Source: a virus
Reading direction: 5' to 3' (one strand)
Length of the DNA stretch: 64,000 nucleotides
IMG/VR virus record: IMGVR_UViG_3300042691_051382
The position numbers and the translations under genes were made by a program. This document shows positions 42,598-52,583 of the stretch, one piece after another. Under the pieces are notes generated by a model, which made no database searches, was not told the DNA's origin, and worked only from the letters and a program-made list of their open reading frames with translations. Within the stretch, counting starts at the first letter, position 1; every line of letters begins with the position of its first letter.

Positions 42598-44150
42598 ATG
42601 ATTCTCCAACCAGCGCGATAGATAAAGTGTAAAGCTCCGTTGCTGATGTTTAAAATAGCGGAATTTTGGTTGTCGATTGTGTCGGCTGCGGTTGCTCCAA
42701 CAATCGTTATTGCACGATGCACGCCATCGCCAGCGTGTCCCGATTCGTCTTTCACAACCACTTCCATTCCGGTTTGTGCGCCAGACGGTAGTGTCACAGT
42801 GCAAGTTCCGGTGCGATTCACACCAATATAATAATCCAAAAGCGTAGCTGAATATGTGGCTCCGGTTACGCTAACGGTTGACATCACCGAAGCAACTGCT
42901 TTGTTGGGCACAGCCGGTTGCAACCAAACATACGAACCACCCGTACCAGCCGGAGCATACGTGTACTCGATGCCCGAGTCGCTGTCCATCCAACGACTAC
43001 CGCTGGTTATGCCGTTGGTTGGTGCGTTGGAACCGTATGTAAAATCGTTTGCGTGTATCGATACGGTGTTGGTCGTCGGATCCGTATAAAGATCCACATG
43101 ATAACCAGCTTCGAGTGTGAGCGTTTCGGCAACGTATGCCACAGCCGTGAGACCGCTTTGACCGCTCACCGAAACAAATTTGAAAGCTTCTCCAACGCCA
43201 CCGCCACTCGAAACCATCGAGCCACGATTGCTAAAATACTTTTCAAAAGTTCGCGTGTCGAGTTTCAGGTGTTTTTTGCTGCGATCGTAAACAAGTGGGT
43301 ACGCAGCATCCAACAAACCCGTTTCGCCCTGCGGACCTTGTGGTCCAGCTTCACCCTGCGGTCCTTGCGGTCCAACTTCGCCTTGCGGTCCTCGAGGTCC
43401 AGCTTCGCCGGGTTCGCCGTCTTTTCCATCCGCACCATCGCGACCATCCGCACCTTGCGGTCCAGCTTCACCCTGTGGTCCTTGTGGTCCAGCTTCACCC
43501 TGCGGTCCTTGCGGTCCAACTTCGCCTTGCGGTCCAGCTTCACCCTGTGGTCCTTGAGGTCCAGGTTCACCCTGCGGTCCCTGTGATCCTTGCGGTCCTG
43601 CTTCGCCCGGTGGTCCTGGTTCTCCCTGCGGTCCTTGAGGTCCAGCTTCACCCTGTGGTCCTTGCGTTCCCGGTTCGCCCTGTGGTCCTTGGATTCCCTG
43701 CTTGCCTTCGGCTCCAGCTTCACCCTGCGGTCCTTGCGGTCCTTGAGGTCCCGGTTCGCCTACTACACCAGCTTCACCTTGCACACCACGCGGACCAATT
43801 GGTCCGATTCTGCCGATTGCACCATCGGTTCCGTTGCGACCGTCCTTTCCGGGTGGTCCAGCAGGACCTTGCGGACCCATGGGTCCTTGAATCGTTTGTG
43901 GTTGAGTTTGTTCATCAACCACTGTGGGAAAAACAAAATATTCCAGCAGTTTTTCGGAACTGCCGTAAAAAACAACCGACTCGCCGTGGCGATCGATCGT
44001 GTACAACCGATTGTTGCCTTCATCGAGACGATGTTCGGTGGGAAAAACACAAAGCTCTTCGGATACAATGTCAAAAAAACTGTTGCCGCTGTATTGTTGC
44101 AGCGGTTTTTTGAGATAGCAGCGCAACGTTTGATTGCTGCGTTTAGTCAT
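42594..44150 (-). CDS. Collagen triple-helix fibre protein
   Basis: Long Gly-X-Y run; C-terminal DYYIGVN...VVKDESG domain. Confidence 0.85.
   Translation of the reverse strand: MTKRSNQTLRCYLKKPLQQYSGNSFFDIVSEELCVFPTEHRLDEGNNRLYTIDRHGESVVFYGSSEKLLEYFVFPTVVDEQTQPQTIQGPMGPQGPAGPPGKDGRNGTDGAIGRIGPIGPRGVQGEAGVVGEPGPQGPQGPQGEAGAEGKQGIQGPQGEPGTQGPQGEAGPQGPQGEPGPPGEAGPQGSQGPQGEPGPQGPQGEAGPQGEVGPQGPQGEAGPQGPQGEAGPQGADGRDGADGKDGEPGEAGPRGPQGEVGPQGPQGEAGPQGPQGETGLLDAAYPLVYDRSKKHLKLDTRTFEKYFSNRGSMVSSGGGVGEAFKFVSVSGQSGLTAVAYVAETLTLEAGYHVDLYTDPTTNTVSIHANDFTYGSNAPTNGITSGSRWMDSDSGIEYTYAPAGTGGSYVWLQPAVPNKAVASVMSTVSVTGATYSATLLDYYIGVNRTGTCTVTLPSGAQTGMEVVVKDESGHAGDGVHRAITIVGATAADTIDNQNSAILNISNGALHFIYRAGWRII
43320..43886. 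repeat. 63 Gly-X-Y triplets with 9/18/27-bp DNA periodicity
   Basis: 567 nt of GPQ/GEA/GEP units. Confidence 0.9.
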
Positions 44151-44736
44151 TCAAAAAATCGTTCCAGTTTTTAGAATATTGAAGATCGTGCTCGGTGAGC
44201 GGATAGCTTATCAAGTTGTTTTTTCGAAAGTGATACTGCACATCTTCGTTGATTGCCACTTCAAGACCATGCATGGTTGTTTTTTTACCGTAGATTGTGC
44301 CGAGTATTTGTTGAAAACGCGTGACGCTTGCTTCTTCGTTGACTGTTTGCACGTTTTCGTTGCTCAACACGCGAATTGTGTTGCCGTTGGTGTAAACAGC
44401 ACTGAAATTTTTCAGCTGATAGTAAGCATCGCTGATGGTTTCACGAAAATCCTGCGAGCGCACATGCGATTTTTTGGTGACAACATAAATGCGACCATGT
44501 GCATTTTTGTTGCTGATGGCTACCGGATACAAACTGCAACGATTTTCTTGAAAATACGAACGTATTGTTTCGTTTTCTCGACGTGCGTTGAGATTGGTTG
44601 GAGCAATCAAAACATATTCAAGATTTGGGCGTTCAAACAGCAGTTTTTCAAGCGATGTAAACGATACAACCGTTGCGTCCGAATCGATCCAGTCGGGCGT
44701 GTGCGATTCGCCCATGTATTTCTTGAAAGGTATCAT
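44143..44736 (-). CDS. Hypothetical protein, possible internal head protein
   Basis: SD AGGAG, CTAAATA at 44758-44764, N-terminus [10 protein letters not shown]. Confidence 0.55.
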   Translation of the reverse strand: MIPFKKYMGESHTPDWIDSDATVVSFTSLEKLLFERPNLEYVLIAPTNLNARRENETIRSYFQENRCSLYPVAISNKNAHGRIYVVTKKSHVRSQDFRETISDAYYQLKNFSAVYTNGNTIRVLSNENVQTVNEEASVTRFQQILGTIYGKKTTMHGLEVAINEDVQYHFRKNNLISYPLTEHDLQYSKNWNDFLND

Positions 44737-44756
44737 TGCAGTTGCTCCTACGCATG

Positions 44757-45095
44757 TTATTTAGTCACTTCAGGATCAACCGTAATTGTTCCTTGCAACT
44801 GACGCACAACTTTTCCGGTTGGAAACGCAAGTTCAATGTCGTAAACATAACGACCCGGCTTGAGCGCAGCAGTGTTGGTTGCACCAAGTGTGAAAGTTAT
44901 GTTGCCGGTTGCTCCTGTGACACCAACGCTGAATGAAGTGCTGGTCAAAGAATAGTAACTGCGTCGCAATTGACCGCTAGCAGTGTATCCACTACCGGCT
45001 GTGATGCTCAGAGCTGTTCCGTTTTCGTCGGTTGCAGTGATAGAATAACTAAAACTGCTGCCTTGATCGATAAAAATATTTTTTGTGGTTGCCAT
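44757..45095 (-). CDS. Small Ig-like virion protein
   Basis: NIFIDQGSSF, T..LKPGRYVYDIE, GTITVDPEVT. Confidence 0.75.
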   Translation of the reverse strand: MATTKNIFIDQGSSFSYSITATDENGTALSITAGSGYTASGQLRRSYYSLTSTSFSVGVTGATGNITFTLGATNTAALKPGRYVYDIELAFPTGKVVRQLQGTITVDPEVTK

Positions 45096-45097
45096 GT

Positions 45098-48000
45098 TTA
45101 TACCATTCTAGTAATCATGATACTACCGATTCTTGCTTTTTGTGGTTCGTTATAAACATTAGTATAGAAATTCAAAGTAAATTTTCCACCAGAAACAATT
45201 TTGACTATCCCTTGGAATGTCTTAAAATCTGGATTTGGGGGATTTTCACCCATAATATGAAACGGTCTACTTCTAGAAACTTGATTTAAACCTGAATCGT
45301 ATCCTAGAATTAAACAAGATATCACACTATTGGTTCCATCTGAGTCGCAACTCATATTTACTGTTAGTGAGTATATACCTGGTTCGATGCTTGCATTTGT
45401 ATTGCTATTTTTCGAGTTCCAATTACCTATATCAGTGGTAATCTTACGCAAATAATAAGTGTTTACTGTTGAATCAAATGAAGGAAGAGTGCTGTTAGTA
45501 CCAGTAACACCTAGAAATCCAGTCGCAGGTTCCGGATAATCAGAACTTTCGTCGTCAGGGCTAAACTGATATATCAAATTTTTACTGTCTACATAATACT
45601 TGTTGGCGGCTTGATCGTCCGCAACCGGAGCCGTAAGACCCGTTATTTTACCTATGTTCGAAACGCCAGGATTTGCAGTATCAATGAAAGACAGAACTGG
45701 CGATGGTTTTCCAAGATTGTTGCTGCTGCCTTCGACTGTAATAGTGCTGATCATCGGATCAACAGCAAATGTTACCGAACTGTGACCGGTTCTGTTTCCA
45801 GCCGCACCCGAGTGAGTCAATCCGTCGCCGAAAACGGTAAAGTCGCCGTACAAATGCGTTTCGCAAGCACTGTCTCTGATTCCGTTCAAATTATTTTGAT
45901 CGTATTTTACTTTGAGAATGCTTGTTTCGGAACCAGGACGCGTTGCGAGAGCCGTTGAGTCGTGACGCACGTCCCAATCGTTTGTGGTTCCAACAAATTT
46001 AATTGTTTTGTCGCTGGTGTCGGAATAATATTTGGATGTGGCGTGACTGTCGTTGGTTATGCCAGCCGTCAAACTAAGACCAAAAATTGTTCCGATTGTT
46101 GGACCGGTTGTTAAACCGTTTGAAAAACTCAAAACTGGAGCCGGTCGAGTCAATGTAAGAGCACTTCCGGTTCCACCAACAATCGTAACGGTGCTTATGT
46201 TTGGACGAACAAGGAAAGTTTCACCGTATCTTGGTGCGCTTGTGAATCCATCGGATGTAAGACCGTTTGCGTACACATAGAAATCACCACGAACTGTAAC
46301 TTCGGTGTTGGAACCACCGCTTTGAAGCGGCGACTGATCCGCGTACACACTCAAAATGGTTCGCTGTTCTTTACCGCTACCAGCAACACCGGTTGCTGCT
46401 ATGATGTTGAAAGAGTTGGATGGTACCGTTTCGCTGATTGCGTTGTTTGAAGCGGCTGTTAATGTAAATACTGGATAGTTTAAAGGATGATAACTATTGT
46501 CGTGGTTGTGACCCGTCAATATGGTTGCGCCAGTATTAGCTTTGGCGCGAATTATATAATGCGTAACCAAATATGGCGAGTGATTGTCGATCGGCGAACC
46601 GGTGCTTGCGACACCATCCGACGATACGCTGGTGATGAGTTGCTGCGATCCGCTTGATATTGTTGCAAACACAGAAGTTGTGTTGTGCAAGTGTGGCGGC
46701 AAACTTCCGGGACCGATTTCGATTGTTTCGGCTCCACCAAATTCACCGCTATTGTAAGCACTGAGACCAACGCTTGTATAGTTTGCGCTGCCGGTGCTTC
46801 CACCGAGTGGAGTGCGTGTGCGAAGATCCGGAACAAAGAACAATCTTTCGCCACTTGAATTGGTGGTTGGCACCAAACGATAGCTACCAGCGGTTGTAAC
46901 ACTCACAGAAGTTGCAGAGAAAGTTATGGCTCCTGTGGTGGCATTTGCACCCGAAACAGTAATTTCGGTTGTTATTGCACCAACAGTAACATTGAACTTT
47001 TGCCCAACTTGAATCGAGCGTGTACCACCAACAACCGTACCGGTTGTTACGGTTCCTGCCGCAAGAGTTATGCGAGCATCGTAAGTTGTTCCGATTGTGT
47101 TGTAAAGTTCCGGATAATCAACCGCACGGTACACGTCGCCATCGCAAAGCAACCATTCGTCGGTGAGAGTGCTGAGACTACCAGCGTATGGATAGATGCT
47201 GCCAACTGGAACCAAACCGTACAAATAAACTTGATCGGTTGGCGTTGGAACTTTGGTACCAACATAATCCAAAACGTAACCTTGAGTCGCACTCAAAGCC
47301 AACAACAAAGGCTTGCGAATTTGACCAGAGACAATACGAGTGGCAGCAGCATAATCCGGATCGGCTATGAGTTTGCCGCGATTTGATGCGGATGCACCAA
47401 GGAAGTAAACATTTCCTGCGGTGAATCCAGCACCTTCGAGTGTCATCGAACCGCCGCTGATGCCGTCTATTTTACCTTGATGTGTTACTGTAAATTCGCT
47501 GCTCGAATGCACTGCCGAAACAATACCAACCGCTTCACCAAGTTCTGCGGTAGTGGCAACAGCTGCTGTGAAACCTCCGGTGCTTGGAATAACTCGAACC
47601 GCCATACCAAACGTCAAACCGTGACTTGCTTGAACGTAACGGCGACGAACCGCATCGGCATTCAAAAAGTCGCCGTTGATTTTTCCGGTAGAATCCGCCA
47701 CAGGAATTGTGTACGCTGCAGCGGTTGTGCTTGCGTGCGCACCATCCAACAAATCGGCGTTGAAGTTTTTAGCATAGTTGTTGACGGTCACACCCGAATA
47801 TGTTGTGCCGCTTGCTCCGGGAGTAATCAAGAAACTTTCGGTCACACCACTTACACCGGTGGTTCCAGTAGAAAACACAAGATAATTGTCGGCAGAACGC
47901 TTGCTGATTTTCCAAGATCCACCGGTAAATGTCAACGGAACCGTTTGCGTGCTGGTTTCAGCAAGGAAAATATCGGCATTTCTGCCGCTTTCGGCTGTGA

Positions 48001-49102
48001 ATATAAATTCTGATTGACTTATTCCGGTATAACCATATGAACGATACACGCGTGAAATGATACCGTACGTGTCGCCATTCACACCGATGTTGCTATTGGT
48101 TTGCCAACTATCGTAATAAGCACCCGTATCGTTGTCGGTCCAAATCCAAAGCAGCGACTTGTCGCCTTCGCTGCCTTTGAGAACAATACCACCTTCATCG
48201 AGATTGATGTTGTTTAAAAATGCACTGGTTATACCACCAAGCGATTCGTAGAGATAACGAGTCGAACCGGTGGAACTCAAGCTGATATAGCCGGTGGCTC
48301 CAAAGTTTTCTGGACCGTAAGCATTTTGATTGTACAAACTACCAAACAAAGATCCAATCACAAGCGTGCCGGTTGGACCGGCTGCGTTTCCTGTGAACGA
48401 TTGAATGTGACCATAAAATGCTGATGTTACTGTGGTAACATCCGTGAAATAATAAGCAGTTGGACCACCCGTAAGCGGGAACGTGCCGCTGGTAACACCC
48501 GTCATACCCAACGGTATTGCTTGTTGATAAGCGAGTTCGATTTGTTTGTCTTCGATTCGCAGATCGTTGGCAGCAATAAAAGTATTGCTACCGTATGTGC
48601 TCAGATTTCCAAGAATCACCACGTTTCCGCTGATCGTAAGAATATCCATTGCGACTTCTGGCGGCAACATGTAGCGAGCCTGAACTTTCTTGGCCACACC
48701 CTCGCCACCAACACTAACATCGTTTACGATATATTCGTCGCTTGAAGCAACACGGTTGCTGCTGCCGCTTGGACCAGTACCACTCAAAACTCTACCGTAA
48801 TCATCAAAATAACGGAAATCCACAACCGTTCTGGATTCGCCACCGAGACTTTCGTAAGCGATACCGGGACCGGGATTCAATCCAATGGTGATAACACCGT
48901 TGTAATTGCCAGCCACTTCGCCGGTGTATTTGGCGAGACCTGCTCCAGTTTCAACCGCAGTGGTTCCTGCGCCAACATCCAGGTCGTACACCTGCAACGG
49001 ATTGATGCTATCAACAATTTGATTGGTACGATTCAACCATGTGTTGAACGTATCGGTAAGCACGAGCGTATTAAGATTTACTAAATCACCTGTTGTTGGC
49101 AT
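45098..49102 (-). CDS. Long tail fibre with tail-collar domain
   Basis: LTDTFNTWLNRTN, IEDKQIEL, NADLLDG, PVGSIYPYAG..WLLCDG, FVPDLR, AANKYYVD. Confidence 0.8.
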   Translation of the reverse strand: MPTTGDLVNLNTLVLTDTFNTWLNRTNQIVDSINPLQVYDLDVGAGTTAVETGAGLAKYTGEVAGNYNGVITIGLNPGPGIAYESLGGESRTVVDFRYFDDYGRVLSGTGPSGSSNRVASSDEYIVNDVSVGGEGVAKKVQARYMLPPEVAMDILTISGNVVILGNLSTYGSNTFIAANDLRIEDKQIELAYQQAIPLGMTGVTSGTFPLTGGPTAYYFTDVTTVTSAFYGHIQSFTGNAAGPTGTLVIGSLFGSLYNQNAYGPENFGATGYISLSSTGSTRYLYESLGGITSAFLNNINLDEGGIVLKGSEGDKSLLWIWTDNDTGAYYDSWQTNSNIGVNGDTYGIISRVYRSYGYTGISQSEFIFTAESGRNADIFLAETSTQTVPLTFTGGSWKISKRSADNYLVFSTGTTGVSGVTESFLITPGASGTTYSGVTVNNYAKNFNADLLDGAHASTTAAAYTIPVADSTGKINGDFLNADAVRRRYVQASHGLTFGMAVRVIPSTGGFTAAVATTAELGEAVGIVSAVHSSSEFTVTHQGKIDGISGGSMTLEGAGFTAGNVYFLGASASNRGKLIADPDYAAATRIVSGQIRKPLLLALSATQGYVLDYVGTKVPTPTDQVYLYGLVPVGSIYPYAGSLSTLTDEWLLCDGDVYRAVDYPELYNTIGTTYDARITLAAGTVTTGTVVGGTRSIQVGQKFNVTVGAITTEITVSGANATTGAITFSATSVSVTTAGSYRLVPTTNSSGERLFFVPDLRTRTPLGGSTGSANYTSVGLSAYNSGEFGGAETIEIGPGSLPPHLHNTTSVFATISSGSQQLITSVSSDGVASTGSPIDNHSPYLVTHYIIRAKANTGATILTGHNHDNSYHPLNYPVFTLTAASNNAISETVPSNSFNIIAATGVAGSGKEQRTILSVYADQSPLQSGGSNTEVTVRGDFYVYANGLTSDGFTSAPRYGETFLVRPNISTVTIVGGTGSALTLTRPAPVLSFSNGLTTGPTIGTIFGLSLTAGITNDSHATSKYYSDTSDKTIKFVGTTNDWDVRHDSTALATRPGSETSILKVKYDQNNLNGIRDSACETHLYGDFTVFGDGLTHSGAAGNRTGHSSVTFAVDPMISTITVEGSSNNLGKPSPVLSFIDTANPGVSNIGKITGLTAPVADDQAANKYYVDSKNLIYQFSPDDESSDYPEPATGFLGVTGTNSTLPSFDSTVNTYYLRKITTDIGNWNSKNSNTNASIEPGIYSLTVNMSCDSDGTNSVISCLILGYDSGLNQVSRSRPFHIMGENPPNPDFKTFQGIVKIVSGGKFTLNFYTNVYNEPQKARIGSIMITRMV

Positions 49103-49134
49103 TTGCTAAATTCCTGTAATTTATCTTTATTTAT

Positions 49135-49347
49135 TTATTGTACACCGATCCAGTTATTGTCGTAACGAAGGTACAATTTGGAGTCTTGCGAGTTGATATT
49201 GAACCACATGCTACCCTGTGCAGCCGAAGTTGGAGCCGTAGCAGATATATAAAATTCAGAAAATGCAGTTGCGCCCGTTACTTCGGTTTCCGGTAACGGC
49301 TCGCGAGCAGCATTTATTTTTATTAAATCTTCGACTGAAACAACCAT
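49135..49347 (-). CDS. Small Trp-rich fibre-module protein
   Basis: SATAPT...GSMWFN...LYLRYDNNW. Confidence 0.55.
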   Translation of the reverse strand: MVVSVEDLIKINAAREPLPETEVTGATAFSEFYISATAPTSAAQGSMWFNINSQDSKLYLRYDNNWIGVQ

Positions 49348-50336
49348 TATGTTATGTCTCCAACATCCGATGGAGATATTCCATTTGGATTCAAATCTAT
49401 TCTTGGTGCTAAGAAAGTCATATTTTTTTCACTCACTACGGTATATGTTCCTTTAACTTTGTGAAAAAAATCTCCGTTTGTTTGTACCCAACAATCGCCT
49501 TTTACCCATACCAAAACATTTCCTTCAACTTCAACATTCAAATTTTCGCCAATTTTGATATTGGCATCTTTATCAACATTTTCAAATTTTTTACCCTTGA
49601 TTAATATTCTTTCATCGTTGTATATAATTTCATATTTTTTAGATACAATTTTATTTACAGTTGAACCATCTGGATGAATTTCCTGAAATGTTCCCGAACG
49701 ATGATATGTGTGAATTCTTTCGTGTTCGGGTGTATCGTCAAATTCTTGAATATGACCACTAGAGGTTTGATTTACGTGATTGTTTGGATATTCGGCAGCA
49801 TAAGGCACATTAGGTTCATTCCAACGCTCACGATCGAATGGCGACACAACATCTTTTATTAAATTATCTGTTTTGGTTTTTACAACAGTATTGTCTATTT
49901 TTTCGTTTCTTGCCAAACGACTCAAGTCCGATTCGGCAAAATGTGTTTCCAAAGGATACTTTTTGTCGGGATCCGCAAAACCGTCACCGATACCAACACC
50001 TTGTATCAGAGGAATACCAGCAATCGAACCCAATATGATAGGTTCTTGAAAAAACTGCGGATCTCTAAAAAATCCAATCACCCAGCTGCCTTGCAACAAA
50101 CCAGTTGGCGACTGGCCAACTTCGCTGATCGCAGCACTTGTGACCGGTTGAACTACCATAGCCCACGGCAAGTGATCGGTTGGAATGGCTCGTGTATCGG
50201 GATTATGGAATCCTAAAATACGCACACGGCAGCGACCGAGCTTCAAAGGATCGTTGATGTCTTCAATAACACCTTGCCACCAAACAAATTGAGTGCCCAT
50301 GAAATATGGACTAGATGGCGAATACGGTTCTTTCAT
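49347..50336 (-). CDS. gp5: Baseplate central spike gp5 (OB fold + beta-helix, no lysozyme domain)
   Basis: WWQGVIEDINDPLKLGRCRVRILGFH, LPWA, SGHIQEFDDTP, HRSGTFQEIHPDG. Confidence 0.93.
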   Translation of the reverse strand: MKEPYSPSSPYFMGTQFVWWQGVIEDINDPLKLGRCRVRILGFHNPDTRAIPTDHLPWAMVVQPVTSAAISEVGQSPTGLLQGSWVIGFFRDPQFFQEPIILGSIAGIPLIQGVGIGDGFADPDKKYPLETHFAESDLSRLARNEKIDNTVVKTKTDNLIKDVVSPFDRERWNEPNVPYAAEYPNNHVNQTSSGHIQEFDDTPEHERIHTYHRSGTFQEIHPDGSTVNKIVSKKYEIIYNDERILIKGKKFENVDKDANIKIGENLNVEVEGNVLVWVKGDCWVQTNGDFFHKVKGTYTVVSEKNMTFLAPRIDLNPNGISPSDVGDIT

Positions 50337-51649
50337 TATGTAAACTCCACTTCTTTCTTCTCGGGATAAGCCAACGGCAACGAATCGCGTTCGAGATGCA
50401 AACGCATTTTGTAATAAAATTTAGAAATCATATGTGTTATTTGCGTAACAATATAATTACCCGACAAATAAGGATCGTAAGTTTCCTCGGTACCTCTACC
50501 CGGCTGCGATGAAGGTATATTTACCTTTATCACTTCGCCCACTCTGCGTTGCGAATCGCCAGCAACCAATATGGTCAATTGAGAGTTTTCCATTTGCGAC
50601 AAATGAGCATTTCTTTCCAAAACCATTTTGTCGTAATCGTCATTAACTTCCATGTTGTCGTAAGCGTATGTGTGCCGTGGATACATTCTGTAGTGCGACA
50701 AGTTGTAGTTGCTAAATCGATCGTTGGTTTTTGGTAATATTCCATTTTCGTATATTGTATTTATTTTATTAAAATCGGTGTTGTAAGAAAATTTAATTGC
50801 ATTGACCGTCTTGAAAGTGGTGTCGTGCAACAACAACATCGATCCATAAACACCGTTTGTAACATTGTTGATGGTGTTGTTTCCGCTAACTATCTCGTAT
50901 GTCTCGATACGATAAAATTCTTTCTCGATATCTTTTAATATCAACGGATCACGATCTTCGGATGTGTTGGGTCTGAACCATGTGTACTCAACTTGCGGAA
51001 CACGATTTATTGCATAGTAATTGATGTTGCAAAAATAAAACCCGTCCAGATCTTCATAAAACATGTAAGATTTGTCGCGTGAATTGTCGGCGACCGATTT
51101 CACTGCTATCATGTCGATAGCATCGATCGGCGACATATACGGAACAATTAAATTTTTGTTATCGAGTGTCGGTTGAACAACAAGGTTCTTGGAAGTATTG
51201 AGATTTTGAACAAATATCTGCTTGACCATGTCGGAATATTTCATGTCACGAAGTGAAATAGAAATTTTCTTTTTGGCTGCAGTTACAAATTCTTCCGACA
51301 CAAAATGTAATCTATAGAGAACCGAACCCTTGTTGGTTTCGTCTTCCATTCGTGCATCGGTTTTGTAGCAAAAAAACTTTTTTTGCACTTTTTCGGGACG
51401 GCTTGGAGTGACGAAAGAAATAGTCACATGCTCGTTGCCAATGATCGGCAAGTTTCTTATGAGATTGAGATTGTCGGCAACGTGCAAATAACCCGACAAA
51501 CAATTATAATTCATTGATTCATTTATAACAATTTCTGTTATGTGATTGCTTATGTCAATTTGAAAACCATTGTACGAAGTCAAAACCACCATTTCGATTT
51601 GGCAGCTTCCGGGATTTATTATTTTATTGTTTCTATTGTTGTCTGTCAT
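50336..51649 (-). CDS. Baseplate hub protein (gp27-like)
   Basis: LPIIGNE, YMFYEDLDGFYF, VAGDS...GEVI, LSGNYIVT; between gp53 and gp5. Confidence 0.65.
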   Translation of the reverse strand: MTDNNRNNKIINPGSCQIEMVVLTSYNGFQIDISNHITEIVINESMNYNCLSGYLHVADNLNLIRNLPIIGNEHVTISFVTPSRPEKVQKKFFCYKTDARMEDETNKGSVLYRLHFVSEEFVTAAKKKISISLRDMKYSDMVKQIFVQNLNTSKNLVVQPTLDNKNLIVPYMSPIDAIDMIAVKSVADNSRDKSYMFYEDLDGFYFCNINYYAINRVPQVEYTWFRPNTSEDRDPLILKDIEKEFYRIETYEIVSGNNTINNVTNGVYGSMLLLHDTTFKTVNAIKFSYNTDFNKINTIYENGILPKTNDRFSNYNLSHYRMYPRHTYAYDNMEVNDDYDKMVLERNAHLSQMENSQLTILVAGDSQRRVGEVIKVNIPSSQPGRGTEETYDPYLSGNYIVTQITHMISKFYYKMRLHLERDSLPLAYPEKKEVEFT

Positions 51650-52575
51650 TTAAACAGTTTTTCAAATTGTTTTAAAATTGCTGGTAAAAATTCTGGTCTT
51701 AAAACTTTAATATTGCGTTTAAAATCGTTCTCCATTTCTTCATTCATTCGATTGGTTATGGTGTTGTTTTGCGATCCATTTATATATTTATTTAACATAA
51801 AATCGTTTGTGCCTGTCAATCCAACCGAACTCGAACTGGGCATACCATCTTTGTTGTTGTAAAAAATACTTTTTGTTGCGTATATGCGGTTGTCGTCGTA
51901 TTCGTAATAATTTATTTTAGCATACGGATCCAAATAGTTGTTGAAGTCGTCAATAAAATGATGAACCGCATCGGCGTTATAGTTTACAATCTTTTTGGGT
52001 GTGGCTTGAAACTCAATTTGATCGGAATTTTCCGAAACTGTAACATAAGAAGTGCTGAACGAACCACCTTGAACATTGTCCACCACCAACTTTCTAAAAG
52101 TTGGATCCCATTCAACTATTGTTCCGGTGACTGTTTTGTTTCCTTGATTTTGCGTTAATGTGCCGCCAACCACAAAATGAGATTTGTATGTGGTCAACAA
52201 AGAGTTTGTGCCGCTACGATAAAACTGAGTAGCTTCGGTTCCTACACAATCATAAAATATCGCCACACCAGGATATTTTACATATACATAAGAATCTAGA
52301 TCCTGCGATGACAGTGGCCAATCGTAATATGGATTGTAAATTTTGTTGGACATCAACACCACCCAATGGTAATCGGGTCGTTGATAAACTCGTTCTGCAA
52401 TGTGTTCGGGTTTTTCGCCATCTTTGATCAAATAATCAACATAGCATTTGTTTGAACGTTCAGGAAACGAATCCAAAAACTTGGCTGAGGTTAAAAGATT
52501 AACAACAGCCACCGCATTTGTTTGCTGCAGGTCAAACTTATAAGGTATGATTGAAAAGTTGTTAAAAAATGCCAT
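51646..52575 (-). CDS. gp53: Baseplate wedge protein gp53
   Basis: YLIKDGEKPEHIA, HWVVLMSN.I.NPYYDWPL, ENDFKRNIKVLRPE. Confidence 0.88.
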   Translation of the reverse strand: MAFFNNFSIIPYKFDLQQTNAVAVVNLLTSAKFLDSFPERSNKCYVDYLIKDGEKPEHIAERVYQRPDYHWVVLMSNKIYNPYYDWPLSSQDLDSYVYVKYPGVAIFYDCVGTEATQFYRSGTNSLLTTYKSHFVVGGTLTQNQGNKTVTGTIVEWDPTFRKLVVDNVQGGSFSTSYVTVSENSDQIEFQATPKKIVNYNADAVHHFIDDFNNYLDPYAKINYYEYDDNRIYATKSIFYNNKDGMPSSSSVGLTGTNDFMLNKYINGSQNNTITNRMNEEMENDFKRNIKVLRPEFLPAILKQFEKLFK

Positions 52576-52583
52576 AAAAATCC

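Noticed and set aside
41332-42804. Extended N-termini in the ORF track (also uvsW, gp3, gp25, gp33, 36373, 63085, 63421, 63887)
   Set aside because: They overlap neighbouring genes or tRNAs; downstream starts have an SD, a promoter or stop-start coupling
40692-43886. CRISPR array
   Set aside because: The repeats are 9-bp-multiple coding repeats without unique spacers
42918-44174. Alternative-frame ORFs over the collagen gene
   Set aside because: By-products of the Gly-X-Y repeat
35423-49102. Diversity-generating retroelement or invertible fibre cassette
   Set aside because: No reverse transcriptase or recombinase, no adenine-specific repeat pair noticed, and all genes are co-oriented; an element outside the window cannot be excluded
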